A stretch of 34,800 bases of DNA, from assembly GCA_025353045.1 (NCBI GenBank), contig JANXRK010000045.1, positions 1-34,800 on the forward strand. Direction: 5' to 3'. Source of the DNA: Candidatus Tayloriibacteriota bacterium. Lineage in GTDB: Bacteria > Patescibacteriota > Minisyncoccia > Phycocordibacterales > PALSA-1337. Below are positions 16,809-26,625 of the stretch, piece after piece (position 1 is the stretch's first letter; every line of letters starts with the position of its first letter). Under the pieces are notes generated by a model. That model saw nothing but the letters and a program-made list of their open reading frames with translations, did no database searches and was not told the DNA's origin. The position numbers and the translations under genes were made by a program.

Positions 16809-17069
16809 ATGCTTATTGTCTCGTTCACACCAAAATTCATGCGGAGATATAAGAACCTTGAGGTTAGTCTCCAGAATGAGATTCTGGAGAAAATTGAATT
16901 GATCAAAGATCCCAGGAATCATAATAAACTCAAAGTTCATAAATTAAAAGGAAGATACGCTAATATTTTTAGTTTTTATGTAAATTACAAAATTCGTATC
17001 GTTTTTGAATATCTTTCCAAAAAAGAAGCTGTCTTACTTACTGTAGGAGATCATGATGTTTACAAATAA
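16809..17069 (+). CDS. RelE/ParE-superfamily toxin
   Basis: 86 aa. KLKGRYANIFSFYVNYKIRIVFEY...AVLLTVGDHDVYK is the typical RelE/YafQ-like C-terminal pattern. Confidence 0.8.
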   Translation: MLIVSFTPKFMRRYKNLEVSLQNEILEKIELIKDPRNHNKLKVHKLKGRYANIFSFYVNYKIRIVFEYLSKKEAVLLTVGDHDVYK

Positions 17070-17323
17070 CCCTCTGCTCTCAATATATAAATTTTGAAGT
17101 TCGTAATGATTGAGAAAAACTTAATCGAGCTTGGTGAATACTGCTATCTATAAGTGAAGCATAATTTCCAGAGGTCGCAGTTGAAGTATCCAGCATACTA
17201 GTTTGAGCTGTAGAATCTGCCTGTGGGACTTTACCAGGTAAAGACTTCCAATATAAATTACTGCTGTCGAACCTTTTTGTGAAGTTATCATAGAAATAGT
17301 ATACAATTAATGTTACTTAAGCT

Positions 17324-19312
<1,989 letters not shown>

Positions 19313-19332
19313 CTAAGAATATCACAGAGGAT

Positions 19333-19824
19333 TTAGTAGGTATAGTAGAGGGCACGTTCTACCTTTTTAGGGCTGGCTTTATCGCAAGTATTTGTACTTT
19401 TTGTCTCTCCAACATTATAGCCGCGCGATTCTATACTAGTGCTAATAGGACCCCCTACTGCAAACTTTTGGATGATAATTCTTGCGCATGAAATATCATT
19501 TCTATTTATGTCAAAAGTATAAATCTGAGGTGATCCAGCGGTATATGTTGGCGTACCAACACTAGAATTACTACAAGTCATTCCGTTAGCAAAGGTATTA
19601 TCTGTAATCGAAAACTTACCGAGATTATCATAATAAACGGCACATTCTATACCACTATCTGCAGCATAAAATGCTGTGGTTGATTCTCGAGCTGATGATG
19701 CCAAAAGAAATTCCTTTTTACTGATATTTAAGATTGAAATACCTACAGATAAAGTGAGCGCAGAAACAAGCACAGCGAAAAGTAATGTATAGCCTTTATT
19801 TTGTTGTGAATTTTTATACATCAT
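19333..19824 (-). CDS. Minor pseudopilin-like protein lacking Glu5 (PilX/GspK-like)
   Basis: 163 aa. N-terminus NKG/YTLLFAVLVSALTL has a prepilin-like hydrophobic helix with Phe at +5. It overlaps the upstream gene by 4 nt. Confidence 0.7.
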   Translation of the reverse strand: MMYKNSQQNKGYTLLFAVLVSALTLSVGISILNISKKEFLLASSARESTTAFYAADSGIECAVYYDNLGKFSITDNTFANGMTCSNSSVGTPTYTAGSPQIYTFDINRNDISCARIIIQKFAVGGPISTSIESRGYNVGETKSTNTCDKASPKKVERALYYTY

Positions 19825-20300
19825 AATGATACATCAAATAAATCGTCAGTAAAAATAACAGAATTTTTCGAACCATCCCATAGAACAATGACTGTCGCTT
19901 CTGCCTCATGATTACTAAGACCATAAAATAATACATATCCTTGTCGAGAGAATTTCGTCTGCGTGCCTGTCGTATATTTTACATATGTACCATCAGAAGT
20001 ACTTACTCCCAATTGACAGGGTGAGTCATTGCAAGGATTTGAAGCTTTATAATTTGCGACCCATGTCGCAAAACTCATACCGCTAGCGAGAGCTGAATCT
20101 CTTTGATTTTTTATATCTTCCATCAAATCTTGGGCTAAAAAGGATGCGGTGACTTGGTCCTTAGCATAAATCGCTGCCATCAAACTTTTGTTTGCAATAG
20201 TTAATGGGCCAGCGATAGAAATCATAAGTATCGTAATCGCTACTAATGTTTCTATGATTGTAAATCCCCTATTCTTTTGTATATAATTTATTTTTATCAT
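19821..20300 (-). CDS. Minor pilin with a prepilin-type N-terminal cleavage/methylation motif
   Basis: 159 aa with KNRG/FTIIETLVAITILMISIAG. 4-nt overlaps on both sides. Confidence 0.8.
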   Translation of the reverse strand: MIKINYIQKNRGFTIIETLVAITILMISIAGPLTIANKSLMAAIYAKDQVTASFLAQDLMEDIKNQRDSALASGMSFATWVANYKASNPCNDSPCQLGVSTSDGTYVKYTTGTQTKFSRQGYVLFYGLSNHEAEATVIVLWDGSKNSVIFTDDLFDVSL

Positions 20301-20920
20301 TTTACTCTTTGTGACACTCTCGTTTGAATTGAGAAATCTGTTCTATCTTTAGCCTTGATTCCTGAATAGCCCTGGAAAAGGAAGAGTGCATATGGCTGGC
20401 TATTTGCATCAACGATAATAACTGCATTAGTTATCTTTATATCTGAAGAAGTCACATCAATAAAATCACTATCGGTAACAGAGTCGGTACAGTCTGTTTG
20501 TTGACCTTTTTGAAGCTTTTTATTTGCTGAATCATATCTATAAACATAGATGAGATTACAAATTCCATTTACATTACTTGTTTTTGAAGAAGTGAATGCA
20601 ATAAGCCAATCCCCAGAACTTATCTCTGATTTATTTCCTGGTGACGGAGAAGCTGAATAGGTGCTACTAATTCCACCACCAATACTTGTACCAAGATAAT
20701 ATTTACTACCAACTCTCATTTCGCGCGACATTGATTCTAAAGAAAAATTCAAATTGTTTACGGCAGTTTTTAAACTAAGAGACTTTTTATTTGCATCCAT
20801 GACCCTCAAAAGAGCTCCGATCGCCACAAGAGCTACTACAGTAAAAATAGCCAAAGAAACAATAATCTCAACAAGAGTGAATCCTTTCTGTGATGATTTT
20901 TTAAAATAAAGTGATCTCAT
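20297..20920 (-). CDS. Minor pilin with a prepilin-type N-terminal cleavage/methylation motif
   Basis: 207 aa with SQKG/FTLVEIIVSLAIFTVVAL. Confidence 0.8.
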   Translation of the reverse strand: MRSLYFKKSSQKGFTLVEIIVSLAIFTVVALVAIGALLRVMDANKKSLSLKTAVNNLNFSLESMSREMRVGSKYYLGTSIGGGISSTYSASPSPGNKSEISSGDWLIAFTSSKTSNVNGICNLIYVYRYDSANKKLQKGQQTDCTDSVTDSDFIDVTSSDIKITNAVIIVDANSQPYALFLFQGYSGIKAKDRTDFSIQTRVSQRVK

Positions 20921-20922
20921 AT

Positions 20923-21498
20923 TTATTGAACTGATATTTGGCCTGTCGAACGAACAGTGATATTCTTTACACTTACACCGTCACTAGCCATAACTTTAAT
21001 CGTGGCATCGGAATATGTCTTTGTATTGTCGTTATTAGCATATATAATAGCATTAGGATCTGGACGTTTGAAAATTATATCGAGTGGACTAATGTTATTA
21101 GTGCAATTACTTTTACACAATGTGGATATCTTACTTCCTCGAGTGATAGTAGTTTGAGAAATAATTTTATCAGTACCTGCATCATATCGTCCATTAGTTG
21201 GATTTGAATCAGCAAAGAAAATAAATGTTGTATTTTGTGATGCTGAAGAATCAAAGTGTACGCCGTAAGGATAATTATAAAGATCAGAGTTTCTATCGGC
21301 ACTTTTCACATTCAGTCCATATGACTGTGCATTTCGTATTGTTAAAGCAATGTCATATGCAAGATTAGTTAAAAGAATGCCTTGATTGAAAGTTCCATAT
21401 TTTGAGAGAAGAAGCACCGTCATCAAAGCAAAAATAGCGATTGAAACAAGAAGTTCAAGTATAGTAAATCCTTTTTTATTTGTTAAATATATCTTCAT
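20923..21498 (-). CDS. Minor pilin (FimT/GspH-like by size and position)
   Basis: 191 aa with NKKG/FTILELLVSIAIFALM. It overlaps the pilD stop by 4 nt. Confidence 0.8.
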   Translation of the reverse strand: MKIYLTNKKGFTILELLVSIAIFALMTVLLLSKYGTFNQGILLTNLAYDIALTIRNAQSYGLNVKSADRNSDLYNYPYGVHFDSSASQNTTFIFFADSNPTNGRYDAGTDKIISQTTITRGSKISTLCKSNCTNNISPLDIIFKRPDPNAIIYANNDNTKTYSDATIKVMASDGVSVKNITVRSTGQISVQ

Positions 21499-22271
21499 AT
21501 TGGTAATTCGATTACTCGTATTCCGAAGAATAAAACAATATACATTCCAAAAATTAAATATGGTCCAAACGGTATTTCATAGCGAGCTTTTACTTTTCTA
21601 AAAACTATATACATCCATACTACACTCACAACCGCCCCGATCCAAAAAGCCAAGACAATTGCTGATAATCCTGACATCAGTCCCAATGTCCAACCGATAC
21701 CAAGCACAAGTTTAGAATCTCCCAATCCCATCCAAGTCCCTTTTGAAAAAAACCACATTAAGAAAAATGGTAAAGCTAAAACCGGCCCAGCCAAAAGATC
21801 TGAAGCTGGAGGGATTACAAAAGAAAGATCTGCTGAAAAAAATAATTTTATAAAGGCGATAGCAGCAAAAGTATACACCAACGAATCTGGGATAATTTTA
21901 TGTTTAATATCATAGATAGTGATAATCAAAAGCAGAGAGGTGATGAAAAGATAAAAGAGGGTTGTAACTGCTGCCTCGATAGTAATTGGAGGGAAATAAT
22001 AGAAAATTAAAACAAATAGAAAGCCCCCAAGAATTTCGATTGTTGGATATTGCCACGATATCTTACTTTTACAATTTCGACACTGACCTTTTTGAAAAAG
22101 AAAACTAAAAACTGGCACAAGCTCATACCAATTGAGATTTTTTCCACAAGAAAAGCATTTCGATCTTCCCTTCAGGGTCATACCGGTATTAAATCTCAAA
22201 GCAACAACATTTAAGAAACTGCCTATGAGAGTTCCGAGTACAAATGAAAATATGATAAAGAAACTTTGCAT
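21495..22271 (-). CDS. pilD: Prepilin peptidase / N-methyltransferase (A24 family)
   Basis: 258 aa, polytopic. Two Cys pairs (CFSCGKNL...CRNCKSKI) and two Asp motifs (IIPDSLVY, MGLGDSKLVLG). Confidence 0.9.
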   Translation of the reverse strand: MQSFFIIFSFVLGTLIGSFLNVVALRFNTGMTLKGRSKCFSCGKNLNWYELVPVFSFLFQKGQCRNCKSKISWQYPTIEILGGFLFVLIFYYFPPITIEAAVTTLFYLFITSLLLIITIYDIKHKIIPDSLVYTFAAIAFIKLFFSADLSFVIPPASDLLAGPVLALPFFLMWFFSKGTWMGLGDSKLVLGIGWTLGLMSGLSAIVLAFWIGAVVSVVWMYIVFRKVKARYEIPFGPYLIFGMYIVLFFGIRVIELPI

Positions 22272-22742
22272 CTATTTTGGTTGAACGCAATAATAAAAAC
22301 TTGGCGAAGTCTTGGTGCAATCTAGATTTAAGATATTGTTATTATTCGGCGCATCTGTCAAAGCAGCATTTGAACTTTCTAATTTAGCTTGAATTACATA
22401 ATCCGTACCAGACATAGCATAATTATATACCGCGAGCGTTGTTGGATCTTTAGGTATCACTGCGATAAAATCACTTAATTTAGTTCCAGATACCAGACAA
22501 CCATTAATACTATTTGATGGAATCGCATATTCTGCAGGTGATGGAAAAACTGAACATTTATCAAAAGCTTGTTCGAGGGCGAGTTGGATCTGATTTACAT
22601 CAGAAACTCTTTTTGCATCTCGAGCTCGAGCTCGGGCAGTTGTGAAATTAGCAGTAACAATAGCTGTTAAAATTCCAATAATTGCAATAACGACTAGTAA
22701 TTCTATTAATGTAAACCCTGACTTAAAAAGTGTTTTTTTCAT
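22272..22742 (-). CDS. Type IV major-pilin-like protein
   Basis: The tracked ORF uses a TTG at 22802. The ATG at 22742 gives a canonical short leader, MKKTLFKSG/FTLIELLVVIAIIGILTAIV. TATAAT (22755-22750) ends 7 nt before this ATG. The stop abuts the pilD start. Confidence 0.85.
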   Translation of the reverse strand: MKKTLFKSGFTLIELLVVIAIIGILTAIVTANFTTARARARDAKRVSDVNQIQLALEQAFDKCSVFPSPAEYAIPSNSINGCLVSGTKLSDFIAVIPKDPTTLAVYNYAMSGTDYVIQAKLESSNAALTDAPNNNNILNLDCTKTSPSFYYCVQPK

Positions 22743-22853
22743 TAGACTAATTATACCCCATGTCAATATAAAAACGAATCCCCCAAAGATGTACCAGCGC
22801 AAACTAGTGTCTCTTCGGGGGATTGTGGGTTTTGATCGTGGTCGCGCAGTTCG

Positions 22854-23123
22854 TCACTGCAGACAAGGATCAGGCGCATGAGTCGGCGTGGCCATCATCT
22901 GCTCGAGCACGAAGTCAATGATTTCGTCCAGCATACCAATGACGTTCTTGATCAGTTTGGTGACTCCAGCCAATTTGATCAGCATATAGCTACCGTCGCA
23001 GACGACGTACTCGATCTGAGTGTCCACAAATTCAATATTTTTGGTGGTATTGAACCCTTTGCGAGCCCTCAATGCTCTTATGAGCTGCTTGTGGATTATG
23101 GGCCTTTTAATCTTCTCGGACAT
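22854..23123 (-). CDS. Hypothetical 89-aa protein in a GC-rich, compositionally foreign insert
   Basis: The ATG ORF has 58 of 89 codons ending in G or C (hand count), very unlike its neighbours, and first codon positions are purine-rich. An equal-length antisense ORF (22878-23147) also exists, so the coding strand is not certain. No motif recognised. Confidence 0.45.
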   Translation of the reverse strand: MSEKIKRPIIHKQLIRALRARKGFNTTKNIEFVDTQIEYVVCDGSYMLIKLAGVTKLIKNVIGMLDEIIDFVLEQMMATPTHAPDPCLQ

Positions 23124-23152
23124 TTTATTAGGGGGTCAAGTGAGTAGGTGCA

Positions 23153-23184
23153 CGGATACGTTGTCGCCAGACAACGCACATCCG
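23153..23184. other. Two-tier stem-loop: in the putative 5' UTR of the 89-aa ORF, or just 3' of the antisense ORF
   Basis: cggat (23153-57), a, cgttgtc (23159-65), gcca, gacaacg (23170-76), cac, atccg (23180-84). Confidence 0.5.
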
Positions 23185-23200
23185 GAACATCTGGACAATA

Positions 23201-23228
23201 ACTATACTACGATTATTTAAATCGTCAA
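23201..23228 (-). promoter_or_regulatory. Near-consensus sigma-70 promoter TTGACG-16 nt-TATAGT facing the 89-aa ORF and the pilin operon
   Basis: Minus-strand read: TTGACG (23228-23223), atttaaataatcgtag, TATAGT (23206-23201). This predicts a leader of about 70 nt before the ATG at 23123. Confidence 0.5.
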
Positions 23229-23239
23229 GAAAATAAAGA

Positions 23240-24391
23240 TTAGTTATGCACAGTTGAACTAGCGGCTTGAAGTGCTGAAGCTGTGTAAACATTTGAAGCA
23301 TTCCATAACATCCAACTTGTTAAGCCCGAATCATACGTGGCTTGTATCTGGGCACGCACCATATTTGGAGTATACTCTACTCCACCAATACTAAAATCTT
23401 GTAACCAAGGTCGAAGTTTGGTTGCTGTTGTACTTGCAAGATCTGCTTTCTTAACTGCCTCACCCATTGCATATTTAATAACTTCATATGGTTTCGCAGC
23501 AGGCTTTGGATATCCTAAAAATGTTGCTGGATAATGCGACGGATAGACCATCGGCGCCACGAAATCAAAATGTACGAGCGCATCACCCAAGATTTGTCCG
23601 ATTCCCAGATCACCATGAGACGATGTTGTCATACCAAAAAGATCTGCAGAAATTGGAATTTTCTTTTTGTGGAATGTTGTATCGAGATATGCAAAAAAGT
23701 CTTTGAGTGCATCTGGCTTACTTTTTCTTTGGCTAAACGGAAAAGCGATATCCTCCATATTTCCATCAGAAGGAAAACGAATATAGTCAAAATTTAATTC
23801 ATCAAAGCCAGCTGCATATGACTCTTCACCAATGAGTGTTAGATAGTCCCATACGGGTTTTGCGCTGACATCCAACCAACTGATTCCCTTTCGATCTTTC
23901 CAAAGTTTTCCAGCCTTATCAGTTACAGCCAATTCTGGTTTTGAATGAACAAGAAATGAGTCTTGGAATGAAGAAATTCTTCCAATAACGTAGATACCTT
24001 TATCATGAAGTTTTCCGATAAATTCTTTTATGTCTGGGATGCGATTTTCTACGGAATTGTAAGCTTGGAGCTTGGGGTCATCCACTTTAAAACTGATACG
24101 ACCTGTATAGTCCTTGATATCTATCACAACCGCATTAATCTCTGTTTTATCCATAAGGTCAACAAGATTATTTCTAAGCTTACTATTACCAGCCACCCAA
24201 CTCGACATATAAATAGCTTTCAAAGGAACTGGGGTCTGTATATGAGTAACAGCAAAGGGCGTTGGAATAGTTGTTGTTGCTTGAACAATATTTTTAGTTC
24301 TGTATGTTTGATATTCAAATGGATAGAAGTAGGCAGTAACAAGCACACCGATAAAAATTGCTATTGTCACTATATACAAAACCCTACTCAT
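23240..24391 (-). CDS. Membrane-anchored putative glycoside hydrolase (DUF4015-like TIM barrel)
   Basis: 383 aa with an N-terminal TM. KAIYMSSW...INAVVIDIKDYTGRISF...GIYVIGRISSFQD...FDELNFDYIRFPSDG matches my recollection of the DUF4015 family pattern. Confidence 0.7.
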   Translation of the reverse strand: MSRVLYIVTIAIFIGVLVTAYFYPFEYQTYRTKNIVQATTTIPTPFAVTHIQTPVPLKAIYMSSWVAGNSKLRNNLVDLMDKTEINAVVIDIKDYTGRISFKVDDPKLQAYNSVENRIPDIKEFIGKLHDKGIYVIGRISSFQDSFLVHSKPELAVTDKAGKLWKDRKGISWLDVSAKPVWDYLTLIGEESYAAGFDELNFDYIRFPSDGNMEDIAFPFSQRKSKPDALKDFFAYLDTTFHKKKIPISADLFGMTTSSHGDLGIGQILGDALVHFDFVAPMVYPSHYPATFLGYPKPAAKPYEVIKYAMGEAVKKADLASTTATKLRPWLQDFSIGGVEYTPNMVRAQIQATYDSGLTSWMLWNASNVYTASALQAASSTVHN

Positions 24392-24570
24392 CAGATATTT
24401 AAAGAATCGTTATTGTTTTCTCTCTTTTCGTGAGGAAGGTTATAGGAAATCAGGATAATAAGTAAACCAGAGACGCTTGCAATTATTTTATGCCAAAGTG
24501 AAGGCACTCCGAGGAAAAGGAATACCGTCACCCAAATCCCAAATAAACATAATAACTGTCTCTTTGACAT
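24391..24570 (-). CDS. Untracked 59-aa two-TM membrane protein, stop overlapping the DUF4015 gene start
   Basis: Hand translation: MSKRQLLCLFGIWVTVFLFLGVPSLWHKIIASVSGLLIILISYNLPHEKRENNNDSLNI*. Its TGA shares one base with the downstream ATG (TGATG). TATAAT (24583-24578) ends 7 nt before its ATG. Confidence 0.5.
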   Translation of the reverse strand: MSKRQLLCLFGIWVTVFLFLGVPSLWHKIIASVSGLLIILISYNLPHEKRENNNDSLNI

Positions 24571-24589
24571 AATTAGTATTATACTTGTT

Positions 24590-25261
24590 TTACTTTACAG
24601 ACACAATAACTACTAATTCTCCTTTTTGTTTTTCAGGAATTTCAGTCATTATTTTTAATATTTCCTCGGCACTCCCCTGCAAAACTTCTTCATAAATTTT
24701 TGTAATTTCTCGAACAATAGTTATTTTTTTGTCGATTTTTTTCAGCGACTCTAGAGTTTTCAAAATTCTATGCGTTGATTCATAAAAAACAATTGTTCTT
24801 TCTGATTTTGCAATCTCTTTGAAGAGAGTTTCTCTACCCTTTTTGTGTGGCATAAAACCAAGAAAAATAAATTCGTGTGTTGGCACTCCAGAAATAGAAA
24901 GTGCAGAAGTTAAAGCTGAAGGACCGGGTACAGCTTCTATTTTTAAATCAGGATATTTTTCTCGAATGATAGAAATGAGCAAGGAACCTGGATCAGAGAT
25001 CCCTGGGGTTCCAGCGTCGGTAACGAGAGCAATATCTTTTCCCTTTTCAATTTTTTCTAAAATAAGTTCGACTTTTGTCTCTCCACTTTGGGCATGATAA
25101 CTCAACATCTGAGTAGAAACTCCATATTTTTCAAAAATTCTTTTTGTAACTCGAGTATCTTCGCAGAGGACGATATCGACTTCTTTAAGAATACGAAGGG
25201 CTCGAAGAGTTATATCTTCGAGGTTCCCAATTGGAGTAGCGATAACATAAAAAGTAGACAT
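24590..25261 (-). CDS. rsmI: 16S rRNA (cytidine1402-2'-O)-methyltransferase
   Basis: 223 aa. IATPIGNLEDITLRALRILKEVDIVLCEDTR and the overall tetrapyrrole-methylase-like pattern. Confidence 0.9.
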   Translation of the reverse strand: MSTFYVIATPIGNLEDITLRALRILKEVDIVLCEDTRVTKRIFEKYGVSTQMLSYHAQSGETKVELILEKIEKGKDIALVTDAGTPGISDPGSLLISIIREKYPDLKIEAVPGPSALTSALSISGVPTHEFIFLGFMPHKKGRETLFKEIAKSERTIVFYESTHRILKTLESLKKIDKKITIVREITKIYEEVLQGSAEEILKIMTEIPEKQKGELVVIVSVK

Positions 25262-25288
25262 TACGATATAATATACTACACTATCTAT

Positions 25289-26464
25289 ATGGCAAGCATT
25301 CTCTACATCACACGAGATATCGAACGAACTTTAGGGAAAACCCCTGGAGAAGATTACTACGTTGTGACAAATAAAACTCCTTACGCTGAAGAAGTCCAAA
25401 AATGTTATCCTGACTTTGTATTTCTCGTGGAATCAGAAAAAATTCTTAGTACGCTTGAACTTCTTCAACATTCTCAAGTACGAGAAATTATTGAAGAATA
25501 CAAATTTCCAATTGTTGTTTTCAAAAATAATCTTCAGATCGAAGAATTATGCAAAGATAAAGGTTGGCTACTTCTAAATCCAAGCGCTGAGCTTGCGGAG
25601 AAAGTAGAAAATAAAATTACTCAAGTAGATTGGCTTGGTGAATTAGAAAATCTCTTGCCACCACACGAAATCAAAATAACAAAAGACATTGTTTGGAATA
25701 AAAAAGCTTTTATTCTCCAATGGGCACATGGACACACAGGAAGCAGCACCGTTCTTGTCCAAAATGAAAAAGATTTGAAGGCTTTGCAAGAAAAGTTTCC
25801 ACAACGAGAAGCTCGTGTAACGGATTTTATAAAAGGACCAATGCTTACATCAAATATTGTGGTCACAAAACATGCGCTACTTCTTGGAAACATTAGTTAT
25901 CAAATTACTGGCATTTTACCTTTCACAGAGAATCCTTTGAGCACAATCGGAAATGATTGGAGTCTTCCCCATACTATTTTAAGTGAAGCGCAGTTAGGTC
26001 AATTTTCATCGATCGCGAAAAAAGTTGGTCAAAAAATGCAAGTTTCTGGTTGGAAAGGACTTTTTGGTATTGATGTTATCTATGACGAAGAAAGAAATCT
26101 TATGTATTTAATAGAAATAAATGCTCGCCAACCAGCAAGTACTTCGTATGAATCAATTCTTCAGGCGACATTTGATCTTAAAGGCCTGACGACATTCCAA
26201 GCGCACCTCGATGTTCTAAGTGAAACTACGATCGATTCATCTCTTATACAAATTAATGATGGCTCACAAATTCTTCAAAGAGTTACGTCTCAGATCAAAA
26301 AACTTTCAACAGCAAAACTAAAAAAAGCTGGGTATAAAGTTATTTCTTATGGAAATGAAAAGGTAAATGAAGATCTTCTACGAATCCAATCTTCACGAGG
26401 AATCATGGAGACCCACAATAAATTTAATTTGAGAGGAAAAGATATTTTGGAATTGCTTGAATAA
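25289..26464 (+). CDS. ATP-grasp family enzyme of unknown substrate
   Basis: The tracked ORF starts at 25088, but that part is antisense to rsmI. The ATG at 25289 (MASILYITRD) gives 391 aa. The ATP-grasp C-terminal core is GWKGLFGIDVIYDEERNLMYLIEINARQPAS, preceded by ILQWAHGHTGSSTVLV. Confidence 0.7.
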   Translation: MASILYITRDIERTLGKTPGEDYYVVTNKTPYAEEVQKCYPDFVFLVESEKILSTLELLQHSQVREIIEEYKFPIVVFKNNLQIEELCKDKGWLLLNPSAELAEKVENKITQVDWLGELENLLPPHEIKITKDIVWNKKAFILQWAHGHTGSSTVLVQNEKDLKALQEKFPQREARVTDFIKGPMLTSNIVVTKHALLLGNISYQITGILPFTENPLSTIGNDWSLPHTILSEAQLGQFSSIAKKVGQKMQVSGWKGLFGIDVIYDEERNLMYLIEINARQPASTSYESILQATFDLKGLTTFQAHLDVLSETTIDSSLIQINDGSQILQRVTSQIKKLSTAKLKKAGYKVISYGNEKVNEDLLRIQSSRGIMETHNKFNLRGKDILELLE

Positions 26465-26531
26465 GACTGAATCATAGATATTTTTTTCACTCTACACTTT
26501 CACTTCTTGTTTTTGCATCATTTTAAAAATA

Positions 26532-26598
26532 TGCGACTGAGTTGCATTTAAATTTTATTTCACCTATAGAAACTTTTTCTAGATGCGATTCAGTCGCA
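26532..26598. repeat. Two copies of a 15-bp palindromic motif TGCGA-N5-TCGCA, 52 bp apart, in a convergent intergenic region
   Basis: tgcgactgagttgca (26532-46) and tgcgattcagtcgca (26584-98) are mutual inverted repeats matching at 13 of 15 positions. A third half-site, gactgaatc, lies at 26465-73. Confidence 0.6.
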
Positions 26599-26625
26599 CT
26601 TATAATAATCTGAGGAATTTCGGAA

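Noticed and set aside
16554-16940. Tracked 128-aa minus-strand ORF
   Set aside because: It is antisense to the ParD/RelE-type pair, which have recognisable family motifs and proper spacing. Its composition is low-complexity and Ser/Leu-rich, typical of a shadow frame.
22743-22802. TTG-initiated 20-codon extension of the pilin ORF (and the analogous 16492-16557 extension of gatC)
   Set aside because: The internal ATGs give canonical N-termini: a short basic prepilin leader ending in G/FTLIE, and the GatC MITVTEIEKL start. Both sit right behind -10 boxes.
22878-23147. Plus-strand 89-aa ORF in the GC-rich insert as the real gene
   Set aside because: It has an AAGGA 8 nt before its ATG and a hairpin after its stop, so it is not impossible. 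However, the minus-strand frame has the purine-rich first positions and G/C-rich third positions expected of coding DNA, and a strong promoter. This alternative is kept as the less likely one.
22803-23239. GC-rich segment interpreted as RNase P RNA, tmRNA or SRP RNA
   Set aside because: I searched both strands by eye for GGAAAGTCC and ACAGAA-CCGGCTTA (RNase P), a 5' GGGG...TTCGAC plus a 3' tRNA-like T arm and CCA (tmRNA), and the GGAAGCAGCC-type SRP motif, and found none. A novel RNA is not excluded.
25088-25288. 5' extension of the ATP-grasp ORF
   Set aside because: This part is antisense to the well-supported rsmI gene. The internal ATG at 25289 lies just past the rsmI start and begins the plausible protein.
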